Shown here piece by piece: positions 24,406 through 38,936 of a DNA stretch of 64,000 bases. The DNA is from Eledone cirrhosa (taxonomy: Eukaryota): the NCBI GenBank assembly GCA_964016885.1, contig OZ024741.1, positions 2,170,001-2,234,000 of the forward strand, written 5' to 3'. The notes below the pieces were generated by a model. The model had not been told where the DNA came from, ran no database searches, and saw nothing but the letters and a program-made list of their open reading frames with translations. The translations under genes and the position numbers were made by a program. How positions within the stretch are numbered: the stretch's first letter is position 1; the number at the start of each line of letters is the position of its first letter.

Positions 24406-26380
24406 TCGAAATATAACAAAGCAATATAATAGACAAAATCCATGGGGCTGACTCTGTACTCGCACCACCAACTACACAAACGAATGACCAGTTCTAACCA
24501 GTGGTGAACCAACAAACCTAAATATATATATATATATAGTTATGTAATAAACAACATAAGATAATTACCAGTGATTTCTTGAAAGCAACCAAAATTGCTT
24601 TCGTTCATCAGAATGAAAAAATCCTGGTGTCTTTATTGACAGTGGAAAACAATATAACAGATATGAAAGTGAGGCTGGAGTGAAAAAAAAAAGGGGGCGG
24701 GGAATAATAAATAAGAATATATAACAACACACACGTACACACACACACGCACACAAATGAATTAATTATCTTATGTTGTTTATTACATAACTAATAAGCT
24801 CTGTAACCTACATAGAGCACTCTTTTTTCCTGGACCTTTCCGACGGAATTACTTCATTTACACACACACATATATATATATATGTTTTGCAAGATTTCTT
24901 ATATGAAAATGTGTGTTGAAACAGATATTGTTATACTTTCCGGGGGTCATGCTGCCAATAAAAACGCACAACACTCAAAAACAAGATGGTGCTGGACAGA
25001 AAAAAAGAGGGACACAAAATAAAAATCCAGTCACTGAGGAGGTTGCAGAATGTGTGACGAAAGAGCATTGACAATATATAAACAACCATCTAGTTATCGA
25101 ACCAACCAACCAACCGGAAATTTATAATAAATTGAAGTGAAAATCAACAGGTGCGTGTATTTTTATTGGCAGCATGACCCTCCCAAAGTATAACTATATA
25201 TATATATATATATATATAAATACTGATTATATAAGTGTGTGTGGAAGCTTAAATTAGTGAATCGAGATAACTAGCTATCCAACCACACTTAGGCGCGAGT
25301 CTATATGTGAACACATATCTGAGGAGCTTCCGATTAAATCGTAACCTAAGAAGTTGATCAAAAGATTGGCTGGGGTATTAGAATGCCTACCCAGAATGTT
25401 CTGCGGCACCCCAAACACAAAAGCATGTTGACGGACCAGCATCTACGTCATAAAGACACACGTGTACACATGGAAAATTTACAGATTTTGGAAGAATATT
25501 TAAGAATGATATGTGATCATTCAAAAGCAGATACAAATATCTTGTTTTTCCTTATTCTAGATTGTAGTTCTTTCTTTCGTTTTCCCATGCTAGCATGGGC
25601 TGGATGTAGGCCGGAGCTTATACCAGATTTATGTGGCGTCATGAGTACAATGAGTACAAGAGTCATTCCATCACAATGTTAAAGTCCAGCTACTACTGGT
25701 TCTGAGTGGAACGGAGAAACGTTAAATGACATGTTTTGCTCAAACAAACAATTCGCCGTCAGATTCGGGTCTGGAACCCACCACGATGAGACTAACGCCC
25801 TCACCACTTGGCCGTGCACCAATCTCATAGATTGTGTTTTTTTCGGAGTTGGTAGAGTAAAGCACCAATCAAGTACTGTGTTAATTTAAATTTGTCTTTA
25901 CCCCTAAATGTGCTGGCCTTGTGCCTAAATTAGTCGCTAATATTGCAGCCAACAAAATATCGTAACATGTGAAAATAGGGAATACCTTTACAATTTCGGT
26001 CAGTTTTTAAGTGGCACCGAAAAAGACCTAATTTTCCGTATTAAGAACACGTGTTGATCAGCTGCTCTATATTTTGAAAATAATTCCTCTATATAAAATG
26101 GAATATACTTGTGTGCTACACTCAATGGATCTGAATGTCACGTGATCTCTATGCCATTTACACGCGCAACAGCCCTGACATTTGTACCCATTGTCACAAG
26201 ACCAGCTTCGCAAAAATACTTTCATTCAATAACGATCATTTGAACTATCCCTCATATTTTACTTAGAGATACTTTTTTTTTTTACTGAACCAAACTACGC
26301 AACATTAATTTTGAATCTAAGAAATGCAAGCGTTCTGTTTTCTTATTCAGATGTACAATGACAATAGCATACAAGATAAT

Positions 26381-26566
26381 TGTTTCTACTATTGGCACAA
26401 GGCCAGCAATCACCCAGTAGATTACTGATACTTTATTTTATCGACCCCGTAAGGATGAAAGGCAAAGTTAACTTCGGCGGGATTTGAACTCAGAATGGCA
26501 AGGGCCGTAACTCTATGCGTCAAAGCATGGTGTCCGACCCTCTACCGATACTGCCAATTCACCGCC
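26381..26566 (-). mobile_element. Full-length SINE family 1 with a 17-bp TSD
   Basis: ATAGCATACAAGATAAT at 26364-26380 and at 26567-26583. Confidence 0.92.
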
Positions 26567-26624
26567 ATAGCATACAAGATAATGACCAAGAAATATTACC
26601 GGGAGGAGTATTATTATTATTGTG

Positions 26625-26975
26625 TCTCACTGAGTTCAAAACCAGCTGAGGTTGACTTTGCCTTTCATCCTTACGGGGTCGATAAAATAAAGTACCAGTA
26701 ATGCACTGGGTAATTGCTGGCCTTGTGCCAAAAAGTAGAAACAATTATTATCTAAGAATTATCATTATTTCCCGCTGAGGTTAGTTTTGCCTTTCATTCT
26801 TACGAAGTCGAAAAGTAAAGTACCGGTAATGCACTGGGGTCAATTTAATCGACTTTCCCCTTCCCTTCAAATTGCCGGCTTTGTGCCAAATGTACAAATA
26901 ATAATTACTATTATAGTAAAGTTGTGGGACTGACAGTATCGTTAGAGCGTCGGACAAAATACTTTGGCGTATTTA
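26625..26975 (+). mobile_element. Cluster of truncated SINE family 1 copies
   Basis: Repeated GAGGTT.ACTTTGCCTTTCAT...GTACC.GTAATGCACTGGG bodies. Confidence 0.8.
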
Positions 26976-28040
26976 GTTCATATTTAAATTCATATGTTTT
27001 CTTTTTCTCCTTCTACTGTAAAATAATAAAGATGTTATTGAAGTGAAGCGAACAATAGAAAGTTTAATATGGTGGATATTGTTGTGAACTCTATAGATAA
27101 TGAACACAACCACAGGGATATGGTCCGAACGTGGAAGAGCCGAACTTCCACTGTAATCGCCTCCATCTCTCTCGCCCTCCCCATCTCTCTGTATGGTGAG
27201 CAAATGGGGTCCCACGTGTTGGCCTCTCCACAGCCCCGGCGGACAGAATGGAGAAGGCGTTTTCCATCTCACCGAGGTCTATATCTTAAGCTCGAGAATA
27301 TCTATAGTAAAAAATGTTTGGTCACTTCCAGTATGACCTATCGTAGATGTTCATTGTGAGGAGTCTTAATTGGTGCTCCTATAAGCTTCAATGGAGAAAA
27401 CGATTCGGACAAAACTCTTGACCGCCAGTGGATTTAAAATGTGGAGAACCGATATAAAAAAATGAATTTAGATCAATGTTAACATATTTAATTTTAAAAA
27501 CAAACATGAGTTTTTTTTAAACTCTTAATTAGTGCAAGGATTGTAGTACCGAAGATTGTTTATTTTCCTGGACCTGGCGAAAGAAAAGGAGGTTGTTAAC
27601 CTCGAACTGGAGAACTGGTCTAAATGTTTATTGCAAACTGAAGCCCCCTAAAGTCACCCAATGACCAGATGGAGGTATTAAACTGGACGGTGGATTATAT
27701 CGAAAGCCCAAATTATAGGGCGAAAGAAAAATACTAGTCAATATCTAATACTATTTTAATTAGTTTGGCAAGTGCGGTAGGCAACCAGAGCGTGTTTCGA
27801 TCATATCATGAACTCATCAAGGAAGCATAGCCATCGCAGTACTTATAGATGAAGTGATGAGAAAAAGACATTTAGTGAATATATAAAATTGTACACTGGT
27901 AGGTGTAGGAAAATAAAATTGTTTATCAAAATATTGATTCGACTACGCATTTCTTTAGCAAATATTATGCTGTACTAGCCTTAACCTAACCCATCATTTC
28001 TTTCTCAGACAAGATTTTCATGACATCGTTTGTAAGCATT

Positions 28041-28166
28041 AAACTGGAGTTTAGCCCGGAAACTGGAATTTAGCCCAAGAACTGGAGTTTAACCCAGGAA
28101 CTGGAGTTTAGCCCAGAAACTGGAATTTAGCCCAGAAGCTGGAGTTTAGCCCAGAAACTGGAGTTT
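28041..28166. repeat. 19-bp minisatellite (AAACTGGAGTTTAGCCCAG), about 6.5 copies
   Basis: Direct inspection. Confidence 0.93.
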
Positions 28167-28848
28167 AAACGCAAATTTTCAGATATTTAGCTGAGGCAGT
28201 TTGCACATTTAAAAATCAAGTTTAAGGATAATTTACGTTGGTTGAGCAGATCTCAGATTAAGGGTATTCTAAATGTGACCACCTCATCGTTTTTTCGTTA
28301 GAATATGGCAGCTGTGTTTTCTACACACTCATACAGGCTGCTGTAACTGTCGAAGCCATACGTCATCATTAAACCATCAACTGTGTAGTGAATCCGATAA
28401 CCAAACACTATGTTCTCTTCTTCCACCACCTACCAACAACAACACCATAAGTACCGCTATCACCCTCCCACATGCTATAGTATGTGGAGGACTTATCAGA
28501 TCTTGTGTGACGAAGAGTGCGACGCTGGTGTAGACGGGATTTGAACCATATACAGACCTTCTCTTCCGAAGTGACATAAAAATATTAAAACAAAACAAGT
28601 AGAAACTATTCGCCTCTTAACCTCTGTTTCAACTCGACCACCCGCAAGGGATCTCCTTTAAAAGTAGACTCTACCAATAAAAACACTAATACAGCCCCCC
28701 CCCCCCTTTCACTCTCTTTTAACAGGTTTAACGAAACGAAAAAATACTAAATAAGTAAATAAGTAAATAATATAAAATAAAACACCATGAAGATAATATT
28801 AATATCTTATCTATCCTCCCCCCTGTAAGTCAACATACAAGAGAGGTC

Positions 28849-29498
28849 ATAGTAGCTGTAGTACTATAGTAGCTGTAGTACTATAGTAGCTGTAGTACTA
28901 TTGTAGCTGTAGTACTATAGTAGCTGTAGTAGTACTATAGTAGCTATAGTACTATAGTATCTGTAGTACTACAGTAACTGTAGTAGTACTATAGTAGCTG
29001 TAGTACTATAGTAGCAGTAGTAGTACTATAGTAGCTGTAGTACTATAGTAGCTGTAGTACTATAGTAGCTGTAGTAGTACTATAGTAGCTGTAGTACTAT
29101 AGTAGCTGTAGTACTATTGTAGCTGTAGTACTATAGTAGCTGTAGTAGTACTATAGTAGCTATAGTACTATAGTATCTGTAGTACTACAGTAACTGTAGT
29201 AGTACTATAGTAGCTGTAGTACTATAGTAGCAGTAGTAGTACTATAGTAGCTGTAGTACTATAGTAGCTGTAGTACTATAGTAGCTGTAGTAGTACTATA
29301 GTAGCTGTAGTACTATAGAGCTGTAGTAGTTGTAGTACTATAGAGCTGTAGTAGTACTATAGTAGTTGTAGTACTATAGAGCTGTAGTAGTACTATAGTA
29401 GCTGTAGTACTATAGTAGCTGTAGTAGTACTATAGTAGCTGTAGTACTATAGTAACTGTAGTACTATAGTAGCTGTAGTACTATAGTAACTGTAGTAC
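28849..29498. repeat. 17/20-bp minisatellite (TAGTAGCTGTAGTACTA) with palindromic cores
   Basis: Direct inspection. Confidence 0.96.
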
Positions 29499-30551
29499 AT
29501 CAAATAGTCCAATACCTGACAATTATGCAGTTATCTTGGCGACAGGGTGGATTTGGCGAAAACAAAAGTTATGTTTATTGTGTAATATGTTCTGGATGGT
29601 CCTTTACAACTAATGGAGTCGTAGGTGCCCCGTTGTGACAAGATCGTGGTACCCATCTCTCTATAGGGTTTGGATATAGACATCTTCTTATGGAGAATAC
29701 AAGAAAGAATCGACCGTAGTATTAATCTGGTATTACATATATCGATCTTGTCTCTCTGAGTGATGAATCCCTTAACAATATATAGCTGCCATTGTCGCCC
29801 CCCCCCCCCCCATCATTGCCTATCTCTGCTCGGTTGAGGTCACAACGATTACCCTAGTTTTAGTGTCGCAATAAAATGCAGTCTTCTGTAAGTGGAAGTG
29901 CTCGTGCTACGATAAAATACCCCCCAGCCAACTCTGTAAAGTGGTATTACTGGTACACGATAAAATCTACACAATACACACTGTAAAGTAGTTGGTGTTA
30001 GGAATGGCATCCAGCCGTAGAAATCTTGTCAAAAGTGGACGTATGAAAAAGACGGGATCATCTGACTTCTCTAATCTCAAATGATGGATTTAAAGAATGG
30101 GTTCTTGGATATAACTATACTTAGAGAAAACTACAGTGATACAGAATGATACAATGCAGGCACTCCTAGTTTTCAAGGTTCATTTATTCTAAGCAAACAA
30201 AGAGCTTTCATTAAGTGGCTGTACTAACATGTTCTGTTAAAGGATGGTGAGGCCTGCAAAAATGGTCATATATATATATAATATAGAAAAAGCTTCTACA
30301 AGACTAGAACTGTTTCATTCGGGAGAATTCATCAGGAAGGCTATATGTATCTTTTTAACCTGTTAGTTCTTTCGTTACTTTGGTATTGTGTGTTAGGTTT
30401 TGCCTACCACAATGTTCAATTTGTCAAGCTATTTAAACGTATGTTATTACTCTAAGGACCTCCCCTTATTGAGTGCTTTGCTAACTCATTCATATTGTAG
30501 GTCCACTTTGCTTGCCCACGGCCAAAGCTTCGATTTGACTAAGCTTCCACT

Positions 30552-30584
<33 letters not shown>

Positions 30585-30940
30585 TATCAAATGATTCTAT
30601 GGACATATTTTATAGTATATTGCTCTGATTATTTAATTAATTAATTCATCATTGAGCCACATCGTGAATGGCTGCCAAAAACACACACACACACATATAT
30701 ATATATATATGACTTTTGTCTAGTTTGGGTATATGTAAATCTTTATATTTGATAATCTCCCATAAGGTTGAGATGCAATTTAGGCAATATTAAGCTGCGC
30801 TTTCTAGCAACCAGCCCACTCGCCGTAAAGCACCAATCACATTCTTTCTGACTTGACCACTGCCACGTCAGAGTTCTTAGCCATTTTGAATTCGTTTCTG
30901 GCGGAGATCATTTAAGAAAAATCTTCGTCCAAGTAAGTTT

Positions 30941-31022
30941 GTTTCCTGATGATTTCGAAGCTCGAGAATTTATCCTTGATCGGATATTTCCAAAAGCGAA
31001 TGAAATCCCTAGGGGTAGAAAC
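30941..31022 (+). ncRNA. Type I hammerhead ribozyme with an enlarged loop II
   Basis: GTTTC CTGATGA tTTCG [~39 nt] CGAAt GAAA TCCC-ta-GGGG TA GAAAC. Stem I is GTTTC/GAAAC; GUA triplet at 31015-31017. Confidence 0.75.
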
Positions 31023-31268
31023 GTAATCCTGGTATGTTTATATACATTTTTTCTTCTAACTTTAATTTTATACCTAATTGTGTTTGGTTGACGATATATT
31101 TAATAGATTTCCACGTGCTATTGAAATGGTGGGTAAATATTCTATAGCTGTTGATCGCGAATAGATGGCTGTCGTTTATTTATCTATTATTTCTTCATAT
31201 GTGCCTTTTAATCTTATAGCCTGGTTTAATTGGTTTTTTGTGTGGTTGATTATGCTGATTGGGAGAGG

Positions 31269-31315
31269 AAATGGTGTATATATCTTATCAAATGTTTCTA
31301 TGGACATATTTTATA

Positions 31316-31361
<46 letters not shown>

Positions 31362-31408
31362 TATAAAATATGTCCATAGAAACATTTGATAAGATATATA
31401 CACCATTT
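31269..31408. repeat. Palindrome centred on a (TA)n tract
   Basis: AAATGGTGTATATATCTTATCAAATGTTTCTATGGACATATTTTATAG, then (TA)n, then the reverse complement. Confidence 0.9.
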
Positions 31409-31582
31409 ATATATATAACACATCCTTAACTTTGATAGGTTTCGGCCAGTATTGACCCAGATCATGTCTAACTAAATAGCACCACCTGCCGAAGTCTTTC
31501 AAATCAGGATTTGGGCACCATGGCCCGCTCAAGTAAAGAGTTAGTGTTTACGGAGGCATATCCGGGTGTAGGAGGATTTTAC

Positions 31583-31772
31583 GTGAAGGTGCATGGTTTA
31601 GTGGTTAGAGCATTGGGCTTGCAATCGAAAGGTTGTGAGTTCAATTCTCGGACCGGGTGATGTGTTGTTTCATTGAGCAAGACACTTTATTTCACGTTGC
31701 TCCAGTTTACTCAGCTGTAGAAATGAGATGATAGGACTGGAGGCTAGCTAAACCTGCATAGGTGTGAGCTGT
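31583..31772 (+). mobile_element. tRNA-derived SINE family 2, lacking an internal ~60 bp present in the 8270 copy
   Basis: Aligned by eye to 8270-8510. Confidence 0.82.
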
Positions 31773-31920
31773 CTCTCCTCCTCCTCCTGACATACACCAC
31801 CACACTATCATCACCACCACCACCACCACCACCACACTATCATCACCACCACCACCACCACCACTCACATACTATCACCACCACCACCACCACCTACACA
31901 CATACACATACTCTCTCTCA

Positions 31921-31954
<34 letters not shown>

Positions 31955-32142
31955 TACATACACTTCCATTCATTCATTTAACGCTATTTCCAGTCAATAT
32001 GTACTTATACTCGAGAGTATGACTGTGTGTGAGTGTGTGTATGTATATATATATATAAGGTATTAACTGCTACCTCCTTCTGTTGTAGAATGAAACATGT
32101 AAATCAATTAAATGATATATTAATGTTTTTCATTATTTTTTC

Positions 32143-32204
<62 letters not shown>

Positions 32205-32217
32205 ATATATATATGTG

Positions 32218-32249
<32 letters not shown>

Positions 32250-32299
32250 ACTAGCTGTTGAAAAGGCAACAGCTCAGCCGTCGGGGTCCCGTCTCTTTA

Positions 32300-32913
32300 T
32301 AATATATATATATATAAAGTTGTAGTTCCTGTTTGTTTGTTTGTTCACGTTCTCATCCTATGGTTTTGGAGATAGACCCCCATAACCATATATATTCTGA
32401 AACTAAATTTCCCAGGGTATTTGGATAAGTATATTTCATTTTAATCAAAGGATTCACCGGGGACACAAACATCTGCTGAACATTTTTCCCTTCGATTTAT
32501 ATGAAATTTAAACCATAGGTAAGAGACAAGATATGATGCCTATTCACAAAATCTCAGCAAATGTCAATAATATTAAGACATCCTCATGGCGGTTAAACCC
32601 CCTATAGTGAAAATTTTGGAAGCCCATAACTTGCGTATTGTAACTTTAAATACTAATTTTAAAATAATGCTTTACAGAAAAATGAAATGATCAAGTTTTG
32701 AATTTACAAGAAACAAAATAAGAATAAGATTTCATAATGTAATTTTGATTTGATATTTTACAAAAAATAATGTTTTCCAATTTTACATTTTACATTGAGT
32801 GTTATTGAAATGCAGAGTTTTTCTCCATAAATTATATCACTGATTTAAAATCAATATTCATTTTCTTCCAAAAATATGTGTGAAACGCAGCAACGCGCGG
32901 GTAATTCGGCTAG
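32300..32913 (+). mobile_element. Probable non-autonomous Helitron
   Basis: 3' GC-rich hairpin (CGCAGCAACGCGCGGG) followed by CTAG|T at 32910-32914. The 5' region TATATATAAAG...(TGTT)n is typical of such elements. 5' boundary approximate. Confidence 0.65.
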
Positions 32914-32940
32914 TATATATATAAAAGAAATCCCAATATG

Positions 32941-33000
<60 letters not shown>

Positions 33001-33325
33001 GTGTGGTCGAGTTAACCCAGGAGTGTACTAACTGCTTTGTCTAGCAAATACGTTATTGGCTCACTGTCCACCTTAATATCCTTCTGTGACCACTGTATCA
33101 CGTGTTAATTCCTCCCACCGCCTCTCCAGATATCACTTGAAACGAACGCGTCACGAAACATTTCTATTTTCTGAGGGGTCTCTTGATAAGCCGTATCAAC
33201 CGCACAACGATGATGCATTTTTATAGAGCAGAAATTGTTGTACACGGATCGGCGAAACTGCAGTCGGGACTTTGACGAAAAAAATAGGTATATTTGTGAC
33301 TATTATTTTCTCCTATTTTGTAATT

Positions 33326-33401
<76 letters not shown>

Positions 33402-33825
33402 TTTTGGGATTTCTTTTGCACGATTCTTGATGTGAGATCGTGTGTTGAAACAGATATTGTTATAGCTTTAGGAAGGTCATGTCACCAATCAAAACACACA
33501 ACAGTTCCATAACTAATGATGTAACCAATCATATTTAATTGCCAAAACTCTTTCGTCACCCATTCTGTGAACTTACAAATCATTCTCCTGTGTGTCTCCT
33601 CTTTGTTCTGATCTTCTTCTATTTACCTCATCTTGTCTTTCTGACAGACACTAAAGTATCAGTAATGTACTGCGATTAATATACTCGACTGTCTCATTCC
33701 CTGTGGATATGTACAGGTAACAAACAATTTCTCCCCGTTTCAAACGTGCAGAAAATCCAGAAAACTTACTGCATTTTATACGGGTTCGCAGCTTTTAGAG
33801 GTTCATTACTGTGGTGGCGTAAAAA

Positions 33826-33945
33826 TACGAAGGTCGGCTGATAAGTTGATAGGCTGACTATGGAGGTGTGACACTAGAGCTGTGAAATCTTGCATGCATT
33901 AATTTTAACTTTTCTTATTAATAACTGCAATGTTTCTTTCAGGGA
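33826..33945 (+). mobile_element. Possible Tc1/mariner terminal fragment
   Basis: TA|CGAAGGTCGGCTGATAAGTT resembles mariner-type terminal inverted repeats. No partner end was found. Confidence 0.45.
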
Positions 33946-34060
33946 GTATTTTGAAAACTAAACCTAATTTTGGGCCATTCCATGAGAGTATCTCGGTCAT
34001 AGGCGATGAACTCTTCAAACGACCTCGTATATGCCTGTGTAGTGTGCATGCGCACCTAAT

Positions 34061-34158
<98 letters not shown>

Positions 34159-34736
34159 AGCAACCTGTATATCACTTAAGTAGGGGCATGTAGAGCAGAT
34201 GTCTTCAACCTGGGGTCATACGAATCCAAATGATTCTTCAAAATATTTTGGAGATTTGTGAAAGAAAGGTTTTCTGCAGGATTTATCAGTAAAGTTTAAC
34301 ACAGTATTAAATTCAGCATTTCTATGTAGGAATCAGTCCTGATGAAGGCGAAGCTCTGAACACAGTTGATCTCTTCGAGAGATGGAGAGAAAGAGAGAGT
34401 AAGACATTCTATAAATTCTACCTTAATATGTCATTCATATATAAACAAAATATAGTTATTTAATAAAGTAAAAGATAATCTACCATACCGTTGGCCACCA
34501 TCAAGGGTAAATGTCTCCATTGAAAAACTCCTTTTCCATCATCCAGGCTCAAGCTGAGTTAAATGAATCACTCATGTTAAACTGATCCATATTGCCCACT
34601 AATAATAATACTATAACGAGGCCAAGGTTTTTAGTGATTTGCACCTTATTAACCAATGAGATGTGACGAGAAACAAGATCGTCAAAGCACTTGACAGGCA
34701 AAATGCGCGCCTAACACTTATTTTACCTATGACGTA

Positions 34737-34838
<102 letters not shown>

Positions 34839-35353
34839 TATATATATATACTTATATCCAAAATTAAATTAAGGGTGTCATGTCCGAGACATGAAATATA
34901 TACAAGGAAGATTAATCATTTTAAAAGGTATTTATATTTCAAGTCCTAGTTAAACTTTAATTAGTTACCTACCTAGCTGTGTGTCCTTACATACTTTACA
35001 AATTATCCCCTCTGATTGTTTCATGTGTTTATTTGGGATATATATATATCAATCAATTCCTAGTTGATATATATATATATACATGTATACGTGTGTGTGT
35101 GTATGTGTATATATGTATGTGTGTGTGTGTATGTTTATGTATATATATATATATATCTATATATATATATATATATTCGAACTGCTCGCATAATACACGT
35201 AAAACATTTTTTTTAAATATTTAATATTTGATATCTAATATGAGATAAGAATGCTACAGCCATCGAAACTATATTTAGTGCAACAATTATACAATTATTT
35301 ATTCTTTCGGATTAAAGAAAGAATAATCTTTAAAGATATTTCTGTACATTTTC

Positions 35354-35426
<73 letters not shown>

Positions 35427-35596
35427 GGGGGGGGGCTTTTCTCAGTGACTAATACTTGTAAACCGAGGCTTTATCTTTAAAGCATAAGAAAATAACTTGT
35501 TTAAGTCACGATATTTTGCCCTAAATATCTCTTAACAATGTTGATGTTGATTGTGGTGTTGCTGCTTCTGTTGGTTAGAAGTCTTTATACACACAC

Positions 35597-35680
<84 letters not shown>

Positions 35681-35731
35681 ATATATATATACATATATAT
35701 ATATATATACATATATATACATATATATACG

Positions 35732-35783
<52 letters not shown>

Positions 35784-35809
35784 ATTATAAATGTATATAC
35801 ACATTTATT

Positions 35810-35864
<55 letters not shown>

Positions 35865-35948
35865 TTATATATATACATATATATAGATAGATATACGTAT
35901 ACACACACATATATATATATATACATAAACATACATATATATACATAC

Positions 35949-36023
<75 letters not shown>

Positions 36024-36145
36024 TGTATGTATCTCTGTATTTTTATACATTTCTTCAAATTCCTCCAAAGTGAACCAGGTTGAATGCCGAAACATTTGTA
36101 CAATACTGCAGACATTTGGGTCAACAGTATTTGTATTGTATGAGG

Positions 36146-36258
<113 letters not shown>

Positions 36259-36633
36259 TGCGAACATTGACATCCATACAGCCTAGAGCTGCAAAATGAA
36301 GCAAGGGAGGCACAAGGGAGAGGATAGAGAGGGTGAGAGGGTGGTGGAAAGTGGGAGAGATAGAGAGAGAGAGTGAGAACGAGAGAAACAAAGAGAGTAT
36401 CTGATCCCGGCTTTTGTTTGCAACTGTAGGTATTTTCCTTGATTTTACGTCCCTCCAGAATAAACTATGGAATGTTATAAACGTCACAATTGAAATATGT
36501 CACTCATGAAAGTATCCCAGCTTTCAAATAGAATTACCTGAATAAAGTTGTGGAAAATACCTGCTGTGTTACCTCCATACAACCACTGAGGGGCTGATAT
36601 GTCGTAGCAAAAAACCTTTTACCCACACCCTAC

Positions 36634-36713
<80 letters not shown>

Positions 36714-36856
36714 AGTATATGTTGGTTGTATACCAACACCACGGTATGCAGGCTGGAGCACTCGACGAAGTGCGCAGGTTGGTTTGGTTACTCCGGAGTA
36801 ATGTAAAATAAAGTTAGATAAAAAGTCAAATGTTTAAAATTTAGCTTCGTTTATTA

Positions 36857-36909
36857 CTGCTATATATATTTCAGTGACAGCGATCTTTGGCTGTGACCTC
36901 TTCAGACAG
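36857..36909 (-). ncRNA. Type I hammerhead ribozyme (CUGAAGA core)
   Basis: Minus strand: CTGT CTGAAGA GGTCACAGC-caaagatc-GCTGTCACT GAAA TATATA TA GCAG. Confidence 0.7.
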
Positions 36910-37385
36910 TCCGAATTAGTATGGTATAGACAAGTACATATGTTGTTGAGGTGTATAATATTGTCAATACTCTGATATGCCCAGTTCCTGGTTGGGTTGT
37001 TATTTCACTGAGGAACTGGAATCATATGAATTCAAACAAATGAATTTCAGTGTCAAAGGGCCTCTTCTCCTCTCATTGGTCAGTTGTTAGAACATTACTC
37101 ATTCTAAGTGTTGTTATTGATGGAGTTAGCTTAAAAAATTGATAAAGTGGTAGAAGAGACAAGGTGTTAAAGGAACAAAATAACAAAAAAAGTGTCAAAC
37201 TTCCCATTGGTCAGTTCTGAGAGCATTCCTCAGTCAGAATTCTATAGAATTCTTTCTGGGGTGAGGCTCCCTGTAGTGTTTGTGTTTGCATACATATATG
37301 TATACAGACGTACAGTAGTATGTATATACATACACACATGCACACACATATATATGTACGTATGGGTTTCAAACGTTCAATGAAC

Positions 37386-37451
37386 TGACAGAAGGTATAC
37401 GGTGCTGATGACAGCTAATAAGCTAGAAACTAGTTCATCGTTCCTTTGTCA
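37386..37451 (+). ncRNA. Minimal type I hammerhead ribozyme with extended stem I
   Basis: CGGTG CTGATGA cAGCT-aata-AGCTa GAAA C-ta-G TT CATCG. Distal stem TGACAGAAGG/CCTTTGTCA. Confidence 0.72.
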
Positions 37452-37584
37452 GTGTTGAACAAAATGGCAACGATGGTTGCCGAACACTGTACGGTTAATA
37501 ATTCGGGCAGATTAAAGTTTAAGCAAAGAATCGCTGCTTATATATATATATATGTAGTTATGTAATAAAAACATAAGGCAATTA

Positions 37585-37657
37585 TTCCATTTACCAAAGG
37601 TTTCACGAAGACAGACGAGATCGACACAAACGTCTGAAATCGCTCATCAGAATGAAA
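37585..37657 (-). ncRNA. Type I hammerhead ribozyme; degenerate relative at 24560-24617
   Basis: Minus strand: TTCATT CTGATGA GCGA..CAGACG..CGTCTG..TCGT GAAA CC-ttt-GG TA AATGGA. Confidence 0.72.
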
Positions 37658-37752
37658 AATTATTTAATATCCCCTTTCCTTTACCCTTCCTACGGAAATA
37701 TTTAATATATATAAATGACAAGACTGGTGAAATTCCTTCAAAGATTTATTAC

Positions 37753-37814
37753 AAACACTATGCACATTTCAGTGACCAGGTTCCGTTGGATCCTGATGAC
37801 ATCATCAGGTGTTT
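37753..37814 (-). ncRNA. Type I hammerhead, long-stem-II family, copy 2 (best preserved)
   Basis: Minus strand: AAACAC CTGATGA TGTCATCAGGATCC-aac-GGAACCTGGTCACT GAAA TG-tg-CA TA GTGTTT. Perfect 6-bp stem I. Confidence 0.78.
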
Positions 37815-38066
37815 ATTGTATAACAGTTATATAATAAAGGAGTAACGGTAAACACAATCAAAGAGGCTGAAAACAGAGAGAATTGTTTAAGACAAGTTTT
37901 CAATAATAATTAACTCCGTTCTCGCACCACCAACAAGATTCAACATAAACGAAGATGGATGTGTTGCATAACGTCGAGTGCTTTTCCTAATATTACATCA
38001 AGATTGACTATACGGAATGAACAGTTCTATCCAGTGGTGAACCAACAAACCGAAATATATATATAT

Positions 38067-38874
38067 ACATATGAAACAATCACAGGGAATAATTTGTAAA
38101 GAATGTAAGCACACATAGCTAGGTAGGTAACTAATTGAAGTTTAACTAGAACTTCAAATATAGATACCTTTTAAAATGATTAATCTCCTTTGTATATATT
38201 TCTTTAAGTAAGAAATATATTTCACCTATTAATCCGTAAATCACAGCAGTTAAATTCTTGGAAGTTCACCAAAGGAGAAGAAAATAACCATCTGCGTTTA
38301 CACAGCAAATGCAAATCTGTGAATAACTTGAACCACGTGTTGCATTTTTTTTTAAATACACACATTGCCCAACGTCATCCCAGTGGCGTGAATAGGACCA
38401 TCGACAGCCAGAAATAGCAGCCGAGCCTATTCAACTGAATTAGCTCAACAATCAAGGGGCCGTATATATATACAAAATTAAAATTAAGGGTTGTCATGTC
38501 TGAGAGACATGCGCCATGGTTATCTTCTTCTCCTTTGGTGAACATCCAAGAATTTAACTGCTGTGATTTACGGGTTAATAGGTGAAATATATTTCTTACT
38601 TAAAGAAATATATCCAAAGGAGATTAATCATTTTAAAAGGTATCCATATTTGAAGTTCTAGTTAAACTTTAATTAGTTAACTACCTAGCTATGTGTGCTT
38701 CCATTCTTTACAAATTATTCCCTGTGATTGTTTCATATGTTTATTTCATATATATATATATATATGTCAATCTATTTCTAGTTGATATGTAATGCTCGGA
38801 TCTAATCTTTGAGCTTATTCTACAGTGGATATGGCGTATGTCTCTCAGACATGACAACTCTTAATTTTAATTTT

Positions 38875-38880
<6 letters not shown>
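38067..38880. repeat. Nested inverted duplications: 38067-38292 vs 38516-38740, and 38470-38512 vs 38840-38878. Partial direct copy at 34855-35070
   Basis: Reverse-complement matches read by eye. Confidence 0.88.

Positions 38881-38936
<56 letters not shown>

Noticed and set aside
27017-27355. Solo LTR or coding exon
   Set aside because: No TSD or second LTR identified, and no recognisable protein in the frames read.
34336-34378. Hammerhead-like CTGATGA-AGGC..GCTCT-GAAC
   Set aside because: GAAA is broken and there is no credible stem III. At best a decayed remnant.
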